Numbered from the stretch's first letter, positions 19,810-29,555 are shown. The stretch is 64,000 bases of DNA from Oscillospiraceae bacterium (GCA_015068245.1 SVKU01000005.1:14847-78846); one strand, 5' to 3'. Program-made: numbers and translations. The notes: generated from the sequence alone by a model not told the origin.

Positions 19810-20140
19810 AAAGGGGGAAATGGATTTCGATTTTCCTTTCCCCCTTTGGAACCCCCAATCCTTAAAACGACCAAGGGGGAACCATTGGTTCCCCCATTGG
19901 ATCCTCCTCCTTGTCCAGCCGGACATTGGTCTAATTATAATGTGACATTGCAAAATTTGTTACATGATTTGGATTTTCTTTGTTAGAACATCCCCATCGG
20001 GGGAGTATCCAATAGAGGGGGCTCGCAAGCCCCCTCTTTGGTCGTTTTAGGGGTGGGATTCTAAAGGGCGGGGGAATCGAAACCCCCGCCCTTTAGTGCG
20101 TTCTTTTGGTTACTTTTCTGTCGCACAACAGAAAAGTAAC
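19810..20140. repeat. cluster of six G/C-tract hairpins, with an 11-bp long-range inverted repeat
   Basis: Hairpins at 19810-19847, 19875-19895 (perfect palindrome gggggaacca-t-tggttccccc), 19991-20004, 20014-20037, 20061-20096 and 20109-20140. aaaacgaccaa (19864-19874) is the exact inverse of ttggtcgtttt (20038-20048). Confidence 0.8.
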
Positions 20141-20159
20141 ACAATCAAATCGAGCCTAA

Positions 20160-20801
20160 TTACCTCAACACCTCATCATCTTCAGCTGCATCAAACTCTG
20201 CTAAAGCAGGATGATTCGTGAGTCGCTTCAATATCCGATATCCATCTCGACTTTCTTCGGCATTATCTTTCGTTGGTCTGAATCCAAAATCCAAATAAAT
20301 CTTGCAAGCGACCCAAGTCGTTGTCTGCGTGGGAATTATCGCTTTTGTATATCCCAGTGTTTTCAGCTGATTTAACACATAAGATATCATTGGCTTAGAC
20401 AATCCAAGTCCCTGATACTCCCTTTTTATCGCCACCCAATGCAGCCAACCGTCACCGGAATTGTCTTTTCCAATGACGTCATAATAAGCCGTTGCCGTAC
20501 CAATCTTTTCTCCAGAATCTGTTACAAGAAAAATCAAGCGGTCATATAGTTCCGCTTCATTTCTGCCATAATACCGTTCCCATACCTCAACACCCTGTTC
20601 ATAGTTTCTTAATTCTTTGGCACTTCGTTCAATCTCAATCCATGCATCACGGTCACCATCTTGATAGAATTCAAAATGGTATCCGACCGGAAGTTCATAC
20701 TCTGGTATATCTTCAAGACACCGCTGCAAGCGAAATTCAAAATACCTGATCCTTCGATCAATGTTTTCAAAAACCGGCAGATTGTTTGCGTTGTCTTTCA
20801 T
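20160..20801 (-). CDS. GNAT family N-acetyltransferase
   Basis: Acetyl-CoA motif A region WVAIKREYQGLGLSKPMISYVL; 213 aa. Confidence 0.8.
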   Translation of the reverse strand: MKDNANNLPVFENIDRRIRYFEFRLQRCLEDIPEYELPVGYHFEFYQDGDRDAWIEIERSAKELRNYEQGVEVWERYYGRNEAELYDRLIFLVTDSGEKIGTATAYYDVIGKDNSGDGWLHWVAIKREYQGLGLSKPMISYVLNQLKTLGYTKAIIPTQTTTWVACKIYLDFGFRPTKDNAEESRDGYRILKRLTNHPALAEFDAAEDDEVLR

Positions 20802-21289
20802 TCTTTCCTATCCTTATACGCCAAATAATGGGGCGTTGCTATGGCTTCCTCGCAATACTGCTCGATTCCAACTTCACGGATACGCTGGTTGCCTTTTTCC
20901 CATGCAGCCAAAACAATGGGGCTGAACACTTCCTCATTGACTTTATTGCAGGTGAATTCAGTGCAATCGGCACAGAATTCCACGCCGTGGCTGATGGCAC
21001 ATTCATTGATGAAACAACCCTTGATACAGCATTTGCCATGCTCACCGCTGCGGCAGCCTGCGCACATTCTGGTGGTGTATTTTGCCAGTCTGTCGGTCAT
21101 GCGCTTTGTCTTTTCCGTGTAGGTTTGAAACTCCTGCGGCAGGGTATCTCGGTTGAATTCGTAGTAGCCTTCAAAATAGTGCAGCAGCTTTTTCGCCGTT
21201 TCCTCTATAACACCGCCCTGTTTAGCCGAGCATGTATAGCAGCACAACGAACATGGTGCGATATATTCAAGGATTTTTGAGTTTTCCAT
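20798..21289 (-). CDS. DUF3795 domain-containing Cys-rich protein
   Basis: IAPCSLCCYTCSAKQGG at the N-terminus plus further CxxC/CxGC clusters. Its stop overlaps the GNAT start by 4 nt. Confidence 0.6.
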   Translation of the reverse strand: MENSKILEYIAPCSLCCYTCSAKQGGVIEETAKKLLHYFEGYYEFNRDTLPQEFQTYTEKTKRMTDRLAKYTTRMCAGCRSGEHGKCCIKGCFINECAISHGVEFCADCTEFTCNKVNEEVFSPIVLAAWEKGNQRIREVGIEQYCEEAIATPHYLAYKDRKE

Positions 21290-21488
21290 CTTGTTTCACC
21301 GTCATTATATTTTAAAAAAGTTGTCGCGAACGATAGGTCATCCGCAACGAAAACAGCTGACTTCTGGCAGCCGCGCCGATTGGCGCGCCAATTCAATTTT
21401 CATAGGCAGAATTCACTTCCGCCGTAAAATGTAAAATGGTACGAGGTCAGCAAGGTCAGCTTTGCTGATCTTTCTCTGACCGAAGTCC

Positions 21489-21525
21489 AAAAATAAAGCC
21501 GGTTTTAAAAAACCGGCTTTATTTT
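21489..21525 (-). terminator. intrinsic terminator directly after tRNA-Thr
   Basis: aaaaataaagccggtttt-aaaa-aaccggctttattttt is symmetric, so it could act bidirectionally. Confidence 0.8.
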
Positions 21526-21601
21526 TGGAGCTAGTAACGTGACTTGAACACGCGACCTGCTGATTACGAATCAGCTGCTCTACCAACTGAGCTATACTAG
21601 C
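21526..21601 (-). tRNA. tRNA-Thr (anticodon CGU), CCA encoded
   Basis: Minus strand reads GCTAGTA-TA-GCTC-AGTTGGTA-GAGC-A-GCTGA-TTCGTAA-TCAGC-AGGTC-GCGTG-TTCAAGT-CACGT-TACTAGC-T-CCA. This is a full 76-nt cloverleaf. Confidence 0.93.
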
Positions 21602-21613
21602 ATCTGCCTGGAT

Positions 21614-21642
21614 ATTTTATCATAACCCCAATTTCAAGTCAA
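21614..21642 (-). promoter_or_regulatory. sigma-A promoter of tRNA-Thr
   Basis: Minus strand reads TTGACT (21642..21637), 17 nt, TAAAAT (21619..21614), 12 nt before the mature 5' end. Confidence 0.6.
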
Positions 21643-21922
21643 TCGAATTTTGCCTGTCCGTGATCAACAATTGTTTCATCAAACCAACTATTGAATACAA
21701 TTCGTAATGACGAACTCTAATGATTGGAAAGTTTCAAATCCTTCCTGCATACATTCAGCATATTCCGACATTCCCTGCAAGCTTCTGTTTATCATACACG
21801 GCAACGCAATGTTCTACTTGTCCAATCGTGATGCAATTTGTGACCATTCCCGGTTGGAATCTGAATGTGATTCAAATATTTATGTTTACATAATTATTAA
21901 AAATAACTATCAATACGGACAG

Positions 21923-21952
21923 TTATACACATTTTCCACAGAGTTTTCCACA
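21923..21952 (+). promoter_or_regulatory. three tandem DnaA-box-like 9-mers
   Basis: TTATACACA (21923-21931), TTTTCCACA (21932-21940) and TTTTCCACA (21944-21952), compared with the consensus TTATNCACA. They sit in a roughly 520-bp AT-rich gap with no credible ORF. Confidence 0.4.
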
Positions 21953-22143
21953 CGCTATTTTACCTTATATTTCGTAACTTTTTGAGTTTTTCCCTTTTTT
22001 TGTAAAGCGCTGAAAGCCAATTCAGTGGAATTCTGCTATATCGAATTTTGTTTACATAAAGCAACTTGTTGGAATAATGTGCCAAATTGAATATTATTCA
22101 CCGGTTTTTTGCAGGAATAGATTCCGGAATTGCACAAGATAAA

Positions 22144-22181
22144 AACAGGTGTTAAACGCGGCTGTGCGTTCAACACCTGTT
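22144..22181 (-). terminator. intrinsic terminator after tsaD
   Basis: Minus strand reads aacaggtgttgaacgc-acagcc-gcgtttaacacctgtt followed by tttat. Confidence 0.75.
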
Positions 22182-22184
22182 TGA

Positions 22185-23192
22185 TTATTTTTCTACACTC
22201 AATGTTGCGATAGCGTTCAGCTCCGGCCCGGCAAGGTTTCCCGCCAAATACTCATAGTAAGCCTGTGCGCCTATCATAGCACCGTTGTCTCCGCAGAGGC
22301 TCAATGGCGGAGCATAAAGAACTGCACCCATTCGGGCTGTGGCAGCCTCAAAGTCACCACGGATGCGGGAGTTGGCAGCAACACCGCCTGCAATAACCAG
22401 CTTTTTGTAGCCGGTCTGCTTCAGCGCTTCCATGGTTCTTGGCACAAGGGTGTCGCTGACAGCAGCCTGAAACGATGCACACAGCGAAGGCTCGTCTACC
22501 TGCTCACCCTTTTGGGAAGCATTGTGCAGAATATTCAACACAGCTGTTTTTAGTCCGGAAAAAGACATATCGAGCGGTGCACCATCAATTTTGCTCCTGG
22601 GCAAAACATATTTTGTTTCATCACCGGATTTTGCAAGAGCGTCAAGAGCTTTTCCGCCGGGATATCCCATACCCATGACACGGGCAACCTTGTCGAAACA
22701 TTCACCTGCAGCGTCGTCACGGGTGCTTCCCATGACCTTCATTTTGGTGTAATCCTGAACGTCCACTATCAGGCTGTGACCTCCGGACACCACCAGCGCA
22801 AGAAAAGGAGGTTCAAGGTCCGGGAAAGCGATATAGTTGGCTGCAATGTGTCCACGGATATGGTGTACGGGTATCAGCGGCAGATCCATAGCCAGTGCCG
22901 CTGCTTTAGCAAATCCCACGCCCACCAGAAGCGCACCGATGAGGCCGGGCGCATAGGTGACTGCGATGGCATCTATGTCTTTTTTTGTAATTCCAGCCTG
23001 AGAAAGAGCCGTATCTGCCAGCGAATATATGGCTTCAACGTGCTTTCGGGAAGCTATTTCGGGCACAACTCCGCCGTAAATCTCGTGCATGTCTGCCTGA
23101 GAGAGAATTGCGTCCGACAGCACAGTTCTGCCGTCTTTAACAACAGCTACGGCTGTTTCGTCGCAGGAGCTTTCAATAGCAAGTATGTTCAT
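22185..23192 (-). CDS. tsaD: tRNA N6-adenosine threonylcarbamoyltransferase TsaD
   Basis: MNILAIESSCDETAVAVV..., a Kae1/TsaD family signature with the HHxxGH metal site (VHHIRGH). Confidence 0.96.
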   Translation of the reverse strand: MNILAIESSCDETAVAVVKDGRTVLSDAILSQADMHEIYGGVVPEIASRKHVEAIYSLADTALSQAGITKKDIDAIAVTYAPGLIGALLVGVGFAKAAALAMDLPLIPVHHIRGHIAANYIAFPDLEPPFLALVVSGGHSLIVDVQDYTKMKVMGSTRDDAAGECFDKVARVMGMGYPGGKALDALAKSGDETKYVLPRSKIDGAPLDMSFSGLKTAVLNILHNASQKGEQVDEPSLCASFQAAVSDTLVPRTMEALKQTGYKKLVIAGGVAANSRIRGDFEAATARMGAVLYAPPLSLCGDNGAMIGAQAYYEYLAGNLAGPELNAIATLSVEK

Positions 23193-23641
23193 TGATGTTC
23201 CTCCTTGAACAGCAGTGTCATTATAAGTGCGTCCTCTTTAGGCTCGGTGTAATAGTTTCTGCGTTTTCCAAGCACTTCGAAACCAAAAGAGCGGTAAAGC
23301 CCCAACGCAGGCTCGTTACTTTCACGAACCTCAAGCGTCAGAAGAGTACATTCTGTGGCTTTACAGTGGTCTACAAGTGCCTGCATCAATAAAGTTGATA
23401 CACCCCTGCCCCGATAGTTTGGGTGAACCGCTACGTTCATCACGCAGGCTTCACCAAGCACCGTTTGGCTGCCGATATAACCTGCAACCACATCCCCGTC
23501 CAGAGCCACAAAATAAGCTGCAAGAGGATTTTCCAATTCGTCAAGTATCTGCTTTTCTGACCAAGGCGTGGAAAAACACAGTTTTTCAATTTCTGCCAGC
23601 TGGGAACTATGCTCAGCGAGCATTTGCGTTATGTTAACCAT
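23189..23641 (-). CDS. rimI: ribosomal-protein-alanine N-acetyltransferase RimI
   Basis: 150-aa GNAT (VHPNYRGRGVSTLLMQAL) overlapping tsaD by 4 nt, the classical rimI-tsaD pairing. Confidence 0.85.
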   Translation of the reverse strand: MVNITQMLAEHSSQLAEIEKLCFSTPWSEKQILDELENPLAAYFVALDGDVVAGYIGSQTVLGEACVMNVAVHPNYRGRGVSTLLMQALVDHCKATECTLLTLEVRESNEPALGLYRSFGFEVLGKRRNYYTEPKEDALIMTLLFKEEHQ

Positions 23642-24077
23642 TTTCCTGTTCCTTCATATCAAGCAGCAGTTTTTTTACGGCAGAGATTATCTGAACTGCA
23701 GCCAGATCATAGTCGTTTGCAGTGCCGCCGTAAGGGTCTGCTATACCATCATTATCCAACAGTTCCAATGTTCCGGTATATTGAGGAAACATTGCCTTGA
23801 CAGCCGACAGAACGGAATCGGTCATGCAGTATACCGCATCTGCCTGCTCAATTATCTCCGCCGTCAGCTGCCGTGAAATGTGTTTTGTTATGTCAACTCC
23901 ATAGTTGTCCATGGTCTGAACAGCCAAAGCTGATGCCGGGCTTGGAGCATATACAGCCACACCGGCGGAAAATGCCGCAGCAGCAACAGGAAGCTGAGGT
24001 GCCAATTCATTGAACACAGCCTCTGCCATCGGGCTGCGGCAGGTATTCCCTGCACATACAAATAGAATTCTCTTCAT
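23634..24077 (-). CDS. low-molecular-weight protein phosphatase (Tyr/Arg)
   Basis: P-loop CAGNTCRS (CX5R-S/T) at residues 8-15 and a conserved DP near the C-terminus. Confidence 0.85.
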   Translation of the reverse strand: MKRILFVCAGNTCRSPMAEAVFNELAPQLPVAAAAFSAGVAVYAPSPASALAVQTMDNYGVDITKHISRQLTAEIIEQADAVYCMTDSVLSAVKAMFPQYTGTLELLDNDGIADPYGGTANDYDLAAVQIISAVKKLLLDMKEQENG

Positions 24078-24100
24078 ATAAATTACCAGATTATGTTAAC

Positions 24101-26743
24101 TTATTTTGCGTCATACCAGCTTCTGCCGGTTTTAGCTTCCGCCACAAGGGGTGCTTTAAGCTCAGCAACCTTGCTCATCTGCTCAGTAAGGATCTCCATC
24201 ACCGCAGCCGCTTCTTCCGCAGGAGCTTCAATGATAAGTTCGTCGTGGACCTGTAGCACAAGTTTTGCTTTCAGACCCTGTTTTTTAAGTGCCGAATGTA
24301 CCCTTATCATGGCAAGCTTGATGATGTCGGCAGCTGTGCCCTGAATGGGGCTGTTCATCGCCATGCGTTCTGCTGCACTTCTGATGTTGAAGTTGCCGGA
24401 CTTAAGCTCGGGCAGCCAGCGTTTGCGGCCAAAGAGGGTGGAAACGTAACCTGTCTCTTTGGCATCTGACACAACATTTTTCATAAAAGAAGCTACACCG
24501 GAGTAGTTTTGAAGATAGCTCTCAATATACTTCTTTGCTTCACCAAAGGTCACACCCAGATCTTCAGACAGAGAAAACTCCGAAATGCCGTAGACAATGC
24601 CGAAGTTTACAGCCTTGGCACTTCTTCTCATGTCGGCTGTAACTTCTTCGGGATCAACTCCGAATACCTGTGCAGCAGTTGCTCTGTGGATATCCTCACC
24701 GGAATTGAATGCAGCTATCATATGCTCATCGTCTGAAATATGAGCCAGCACACGCAGCTCTATCTGAGAATAGTCGGCGTCAACAAGCACCTTACCGGGT
24801 GCTGCAACAAACATCTTTCTCAGTTCAGCACCAAGCTCAGTTCGAACGGGAATATTCTGCAGATTAGGCTCGGTAGAACTGAGGCGTCCTGTTGCTGTTG
24901 CTGTCATGTTGAAGTTGGTGTGGATACGACCATCATCGCTGATAACTTTCAGCAAACCGTCTGCGTATGTGGACTTCAGTTTGGTAAGGGTTCGATACTC
25001 GAGGATAAGCTCGATTATGGGGTGTTTGCCCTTGAGCTTGTTCAGCACGTCCACATTGGTTGAATAACCGGTCTTTGTTTTCTTAACAGGCGGCAGTCCA
25101 AGATCCTCAAACAAAACAGTACCCAGCTGCTTGGTGGAATTGATGTTAAAACTTCCACCGGCGTGTTCCCAGATAGCGTTCTGCAGGTCATCAATACGAA
25201 TCGACAACGCCTGACCAAAGGTAATAAGCTCCGCTCTGTCAACCAGAACTCCCTCATATTCCATTTCTGCAAGGACCTTACAAAGGGGCATTTCAATGGA
25301 TTCAAACAGCTGAAGCATGCCTTCCTGCTCCAGTCTGGGTTTGAGTTCTCCGGCAAGAAGATCAATAATTCCAACATGGGTGGAAAATGCCTTCAGCATA
25401 ACTGTTCTGTCTGCCAGCAGCGAGGACGCTTCCTCCTGAGTGTAATCCTTTTCAGCAGGGATCTCGGTTTTGAAATATGACATTGCCAGCTTTTCAAGGC
25501 TGTAACTGTTGGCAGCAGGATCCAGAAGATATGCCGCCAAAGCTGTATCAAAAACAAATCCGTCTGTGGGCAGCCCCTTTTTCAACAGCTGACCCATAAG
25601 ATGCTTTACATCATACGCGTTCTTTTTAATGCGGATAGAGAAAAGCTCAGACAGGAACTTTTCATACTCATTTGCCAGGTTTTCTGCAAAAACAAACCAC
25701 AAATTGCAATCATGACACAGTGCCACCGCTTCTAAATCGGGAGTTGTCAGCACAGAAACGGAGTCCAGCTTCTCAAGCTCTGTCAAAAGTTCAGCCGCAC
25801 GCTGAGGGCTTTGGATATCTTCGGACACTATCTCAGCGGTGTAGGTTTCCGTATCTTCGCACTGAGCATCATCAGCGCAAAGACCGTATTTTTCTATCAT
25901 CTTGGAAAATTCCAGCTGCATGAAAAGCTCGTACAGAGCTTTTCTGTCGATAGTTCGAGACACAGTGTCATCAGCATTGAATTCCATGGGAGCTTCCAGG
26001 CATATCTCTGCCAGTTCGTAGGACATATATGCGCTGTCTTTACCGGCAGTGAGCTTTTTGCGAACAGAATCTTTGATGTCTGCACTGTTGATATTGTCAT
26101 AAACAGCGTTCAGCGAACCGAACTTGACCATAAGGTCTTTGGCTGTTTTTTCACCCACACCGGGAACACCGGGAATATTGTCGGAACTGTCGCCCATAAG
26201 GGCTTTCAGATCGATCAAACCATCGGGAGCAAAACCGTACTCCTCCGTAAACCGCTGTGGGTCATACATCTCAGTCAGTGTCTGGCTGCCCTTGGTCCGC
26301 ACCAGCAAAACGGAGGTTTTGTCGGTAATGAGCTGCAGACTGTCACGATCGCCGGTGACCGCAACGCACTCGTATCCCGACTGCTCGCATCTGCGGCTGA
26401 TAGTGCCGATAAGGTCATCCGCCTCATAACCCGGCAGTTCATAAATGGGTATGCCGAGAGCAGTAAGCACCTGCTTCATCACTGGCATCTGAACTGCCAG
26501 TTCATCAGGCATGCCGCTGCGGGTAGCTTTATATCCCTCGTAACGCTGATGGCGAAATGTTGGTTCTCTGCGATCGAAGGTCACGCAAATACCGTCAGGC
26601 TTATACTCGTCGATAATGCGGTGCATGATGGTTAAAAAACCGTAGACTGCGTTGGTGTATAGTCCATCTCTTGTGGAAAGCAGACGAATTCCGTAAAACG
26701 CACGGTTTATGATACTGTTGCCATCGATGACCATTATTCTCAT
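24101..26743 (-). CDS. polA: DNA polymerase I
   Basis: 880 aa with a 5'-3' exonuclease N-terminus, pol motif A (DYSQIELR) and motif B (RRSAKAVNFGIVYG), and LQVHDE. Confidence 0.97.
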   Translation of the reverse strand: MRIMVIDGNSIINRAFYGIRLLSTRDGLYTNAVYGFLTIMHRIIDEYKPDGICVTFDRREPTFRHQRYEGYKATRSGMPDELAVQMPVMKQVLTALGIPIYELPGYEADDLIGTISRRCEQSGYECVAVTGDRDSLQLITDKTSVLLVRTKGSQTLTEMYDPQRFTEEYGFAPDGLIDLKALMGDSSDNIPGVPGVGEKTAKDLMVKFGSLNAVYDNINSADIKDSVRKKLTAGKDSAYMSYELAEICLEAPMEFNADDTVSRTIDRKALYELFMQLEFSKMIEKYGLCADDAQCEDTETYTAEIVSEDIQSPQRAAELLTELEKLDSVSVLTTPDLEAVALCHDCNLWFVFAENLANEYEKFLSELFSIRIKKNAYDVKHLMGQLLKKGLPTDGFVFDTALAAYLLDPAANSYSLEKLAMSYFKTEIPAEKDYTQEEASSLLADRTVMLKAFSTHVGIIDLLAGELKPRLEQEGMLQLFESIEMPLCKVLAEMEYEGVLVDRAELITFGQALSIRIDDLQNAIWEHAGGSFNINSTKQLGTVLFEDLGLPPVKKTKTGYSTNVDVLNKLKGKHPIIELILEYRTLTKLKSTYADGLLKVISDDGRIHTNFNMTATATGRLSSTEPNLQNIPVRTELGAELRKMFVAAPGKVLVDADYSQIELRVLAHISDDEHMIAAFNSGEDIHRATAAQVFGVDPEEVTADMRRSAKAVNFGIVYGISEFSLSEDLGVTFGEAKKYIESYLQNYSGVASFMKNVVSDAKETGYVSTLFGRKRWLPELKSGNFNIRSAAERMAMNSPIQGTAADIIKLAMIRVHSALKKQGLKAKLVLQVHDELIIEAPAEEAAAVMEILTEQMSKVAELKAPLVAEAKTGRSWYDAK

Positions 26744-28128
26744 ACTGATAACTCCTCTGCTGTTTGACGTTCAAGAGACTTCATTTCACGCCAAACGGTA
26801 AAGTACATGGTAACTGCACATGCGGTGCTGCCTACCACATCGGAAACAAGCTCAGCAATAAATACGCCGTCAACCCCAAATCCAATCCTTGGGAGAATAA
26901 GCGTAAGGGGCGCAACAATAAAAGTTTTTCTGAGCATGGAGAAGAAGATTGCGTGCTTCGATCTGCCAAGAGACACAAAGGCCGACTGACCGCCAATTTG
27001 CAGCCCCATCATAAAAAACGCACAGAAATACAGCCTCATGGCAGGAACGCCGGCAGCAAGCATCTGTTCTTCACTGTTATAAATCTTTATCAGAAGTTCA
27101 GGGAACACAAGCGCTATAACCGTTACCACAGAAGCAAACACCAATCCGGTGACAAGCATAAACCGTATGCCTTCCCGGACTCTGCGATATTCCCTTGCTC
27201 CGTAGTTGTATCCGATAACAGGTTCCGCACCGCCGGAAATGCCCTGCATAGGCAGCATAAACACCTCACGCACAGAGCTGATGATGGTCATAATGCCAAC
27301 ATAGAGGTCGCCGCCAAAAAGCTGCAGTGTGGTGTTGGCCACGGTCTGAACAATGCTGTTGGTCAGTGCCATGCAAAAACCCATGGCTCCCATAGAAAGT
27401 ATTCTGCCCACTCTTTTGATATCCAACACCATGTTTTTAAGCCGGATACGCAGCAGCGTCCGTTTGCCCAGCAGAAATACCATTACCCAAACAGCTGAGA
27501 AAAACTGGGCGATAACTGTTGCCAAAGCTGCTCCCCTGACACCCATATCAAGGGCGAAAATGAATATTGGATCTAATATTATGTTAACTATTGCGCCAAG
27601 CATGGTGGTAAACATACCCACCTTGCCAAAACCCTGACAGTTGATATAACCGTTAAGTCCCAGGCTGAGCATAACAAACAGTGTGCCCACAAGGTAAATG
27701 GATATGTAATCCATGGCATATACGATGGTAACATCGCTGGCGCCAAAAAAGTATAGCAGTGGTTCCTTGAAAATCAAGCCCAGAACAGTTATCACAACGC
27801 TGACAATAAGCAACATGGTGACGGAATGTCCGATTATGGCCTCGGCCTCATCATCGTTTCCCATGCCGCGCTGAATTGAACAAAGGGGAACACCGCCCAG
27901 CCCGCAAAGACGGGCGAAGGCGGTAATCAGTGTTATAAGCGGCAGAGTTATTCCCACACCGGTGAGGGCAAGACTGCCCACACCCGGCATACGTCCCAAA
28001 AACATACGATCCACTATGTTATACATTATGTTAACCACTTGGGCAATCATCATGGGAACGCCGATCGACAGTATGTTATGGGGTATACTCCCCTGAGAAA
28101 AGTCGTTTTGCTTTATGCCTTTTTCCAT
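26740..28128 (-). CDS. MATE family efflux transporter
   Basis: 12 TM segments. The N-terminus (..HNILSIGVPMMIAQVVNIMYNIVDRMFLGR) is typical of MATE/NorM. It overlaps cysS by 16 nt and polA by 4 nt. Confidence 0.88.
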   Translation of the reverse strand: MEKGIKQNDFSQGSIPHNILSIGVPMMIAQVVNIMYNIVDRMFLGRMPGVGSLALTGVGITLPLITLITAFARLCGLGGVPLCSIQRGMGNDDEAEAIIGHSVTMLLIVSVVITVLGLIFKEPLLYFFGASDVTIVYAMDYISIYLVGTLFVMLSLGLNGYINCQGFGKVGMFTTMLGAIVNIILDPIFIFALDMGVRGAALATVIAQFFSAVWVMVFLLGKRTLLRIRLKNMVLDIKRVGRILSMGAMGFCMALTNSIVQTVANTTLQLFGGDLYVGIMTIISSVREVFMLPMQGISGGAEPVIGYNYGAREYRRVREGIRFMLVTGLVFASVVTVIALVFPELLIKIYNSEEQMLAAGVPAMRLYFCAFFMMGLQIGGQSAFVSLGRSKHAIFFSMLRKTFIVAPLTLILPRIGFGVDGVFIAELVSDVVGSTACAVTMYFTVWREMKSLERQTAEELSV

Positions 28129-29498
28129 TTCACACCCTGAGGAGTATCTTCAAGAATGATATTCATAGCTTTCAGTTCGTCTCTGATTCGGTCAGCTTCA
28201 GCAAAATTCTTTGCCTTTCTTGCTTCCTGACGAGCCTGAATCATGGCCTCGACCTTTTCGTCCAGGCTTTCCTCTTCAGCCTTGGCAGAGAGAATACCCA
28301 GAATGTCTGCCAGTTCCATCAGTCTGTCATAACAGGCCATGGCAAGAGCCTTAGTAGGCTGTTCGGCAGTCATGGTGTTGATCTTTCTGACCATTTCGAA
28401 CAGTGCGCCGATTGCATCGGCAGTATTAAAGTCGTCGTCCATGGCTTCGATGAACTTGTCACGATATACGTCCAGTTCTTTTTTGCCGTTATCGGAACCG
28501 TCTTCACCGTTCTTGATAAGGAATTCAAGGTTGGTTTTTGCAGTGTACAGACGGTCGAGAGCAGCTTTTGCCTGAATGAGAGAATCCTCAGAGTAGTTCA
28601 ACGGGCTGCGGTAATGGGCAGAAATGAGGAACATACGCAGAGTTTCGTAACCATAGGCTGCAGCTGCGTCACGAATAAGGGTAAAGTTGCCCAGGGACTT
28701 GGACATTTTTACATTGTCAACGCTAAGGAAGCCGTTGTGTACCCAGTAGTTGACAAACTTGCAGCCATTGGCGCACTCGGACTGGGCGATCTCGTTTTCG
28801 TGATGGGGGAAAGTCAGGTCCTGACCCCCGCCATGAATATCGATGGTTTTGCCAAGATGCTTGACGCTCATGGCAGAGCACTCAATGTGCCAGCCGGGAC
28901 GGCCTTTGCCCCAGGGGGATTCCCAGTAGGGCTCGCCGGGCTTGGCAGCCTTCCACAGAGCAAAATCTGCAGGAGATTCTTTAATGTCGTTTACGTCAAC
29001 ACGTGCGCCTGCTTCCAAATCTTCCAAAGGCAGTTTGGAGAGTCCGCCGTACTGAGGATAGCTGTGAGCACGGAAATATACATCACCATTAACCTCATAA
29101 GCGTGACCCTTTTCCACAAGGATGCTGACCATTTCGATTATCTCGCCAATGGTCTCTGTTGCCTTGGGATGGACAGTGGCGTCACGGACACCCAGACCGT
29201 GGGCATCGGTGAAATACTCTTCGATATACTTTTTGGCGACCTCCTCGGAGGTAATACCTTCTTCTTTGGCACGGTTGATAATTTTGTCGTCCACGTCAGT
29301 GAAGTTCTGAACAAACTTGACGTTGTAGCCACGGTACTCAAGGTAGCGGCGGATAACGTCGAAAGCAACTATCTGGCGACCGTTGCCAACATGAATAAAG
29401 TTGTATACAGTAGGGCCGCAGGCATACATTTTGATTTCGCCGGGGCTGATGGGAACAAATTCCTCTTTTTTGTTGGTCATACTGTTGTAGATCTGCAT
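28113..29498 (-). CDS. cysS: cysteine--tRNA ligase
   Basis: HIGH-region variant (HVGNGR) and KMSKS present. Full-length class I CysRS, preceded by a UGC-specifier T-box. Confidence 0.96.
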   Translation of the reverse strand: MQIYNSMTNKKEEFVPISPGEIKMYACGPTVYNFIHVGNGRQIVAFDVIRRYLEYRGYNVKFVQNFTDVDDKIINRAKEEGITSEEVAKKYIEEYFTDAHGLGVRDATVHPKATETIGEIIEMVSILVEKGHAYEVNGDVYFRAHSYPQYGGLSKLPLEDLEAGARVDVNDIKESPADFALWKAAKPGEPYWESPWGKGRPGWHIECSAMSVKHLGKTIDIHGGGQDLTFPHHENEIAQSECANGCKFVNYWVHNGFLSVDNVKMSKSLGNFTLIRDAAAAYGYETLRMFLISAHYRSPLNYSEDSLIQAKAALDRLYTAKTNLEFLIKNGEDGSDNGKKELDVYRDKFIEAMDDDFNTADAIGALFEMVRKINTMTAEQPTKALAMACYDRLMELADILGILSAKAEEESLDEKVEAMIQARQEARKAKNFAEADRIRDELKAMNIILEDTPQGVKWKKA

Positions 29499-29555
29499 AA
29501 ATAATTAGGCTCCTTTATATAGACATGGTTGTTTTAACAAAATGGTTGGGTATCT

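Noticed and set aside
19633-19953. 106-aa ORF in the hairpin cluster
   Set aside because: It is composed of translated palindromic repeats (..GNQWFPLGRFKDWGFQRGKGK..). It has no SD and lies in a repeat-dense non-coding block.
19810-20140. Could the repeat clusters or heptamer arrays be a CRISPR array?
   Set aside because: There is no constant repeat of 24-40 nt alternating with unique spacers of similar length. Units are 7 nt or are independent hairpins, and no cas genes are present in the window.
21707-21985. 92-aa ORF in the AT-rich gap next to tRNA-Thr
   Set aside because: No SD and AT-rich low-complexity sequence. It overlaps the DnaA-box-like motifs and is more likely non-coding.
21660-22140. 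Replication origin (oriC)
   Set aside because: There are only three DnaA-box-like motifs, all in one orientation. No dnaA or dnaN is nearby and there is no clear DUE repeat. It is kept only as a low-confidence DnaA-box cluster.
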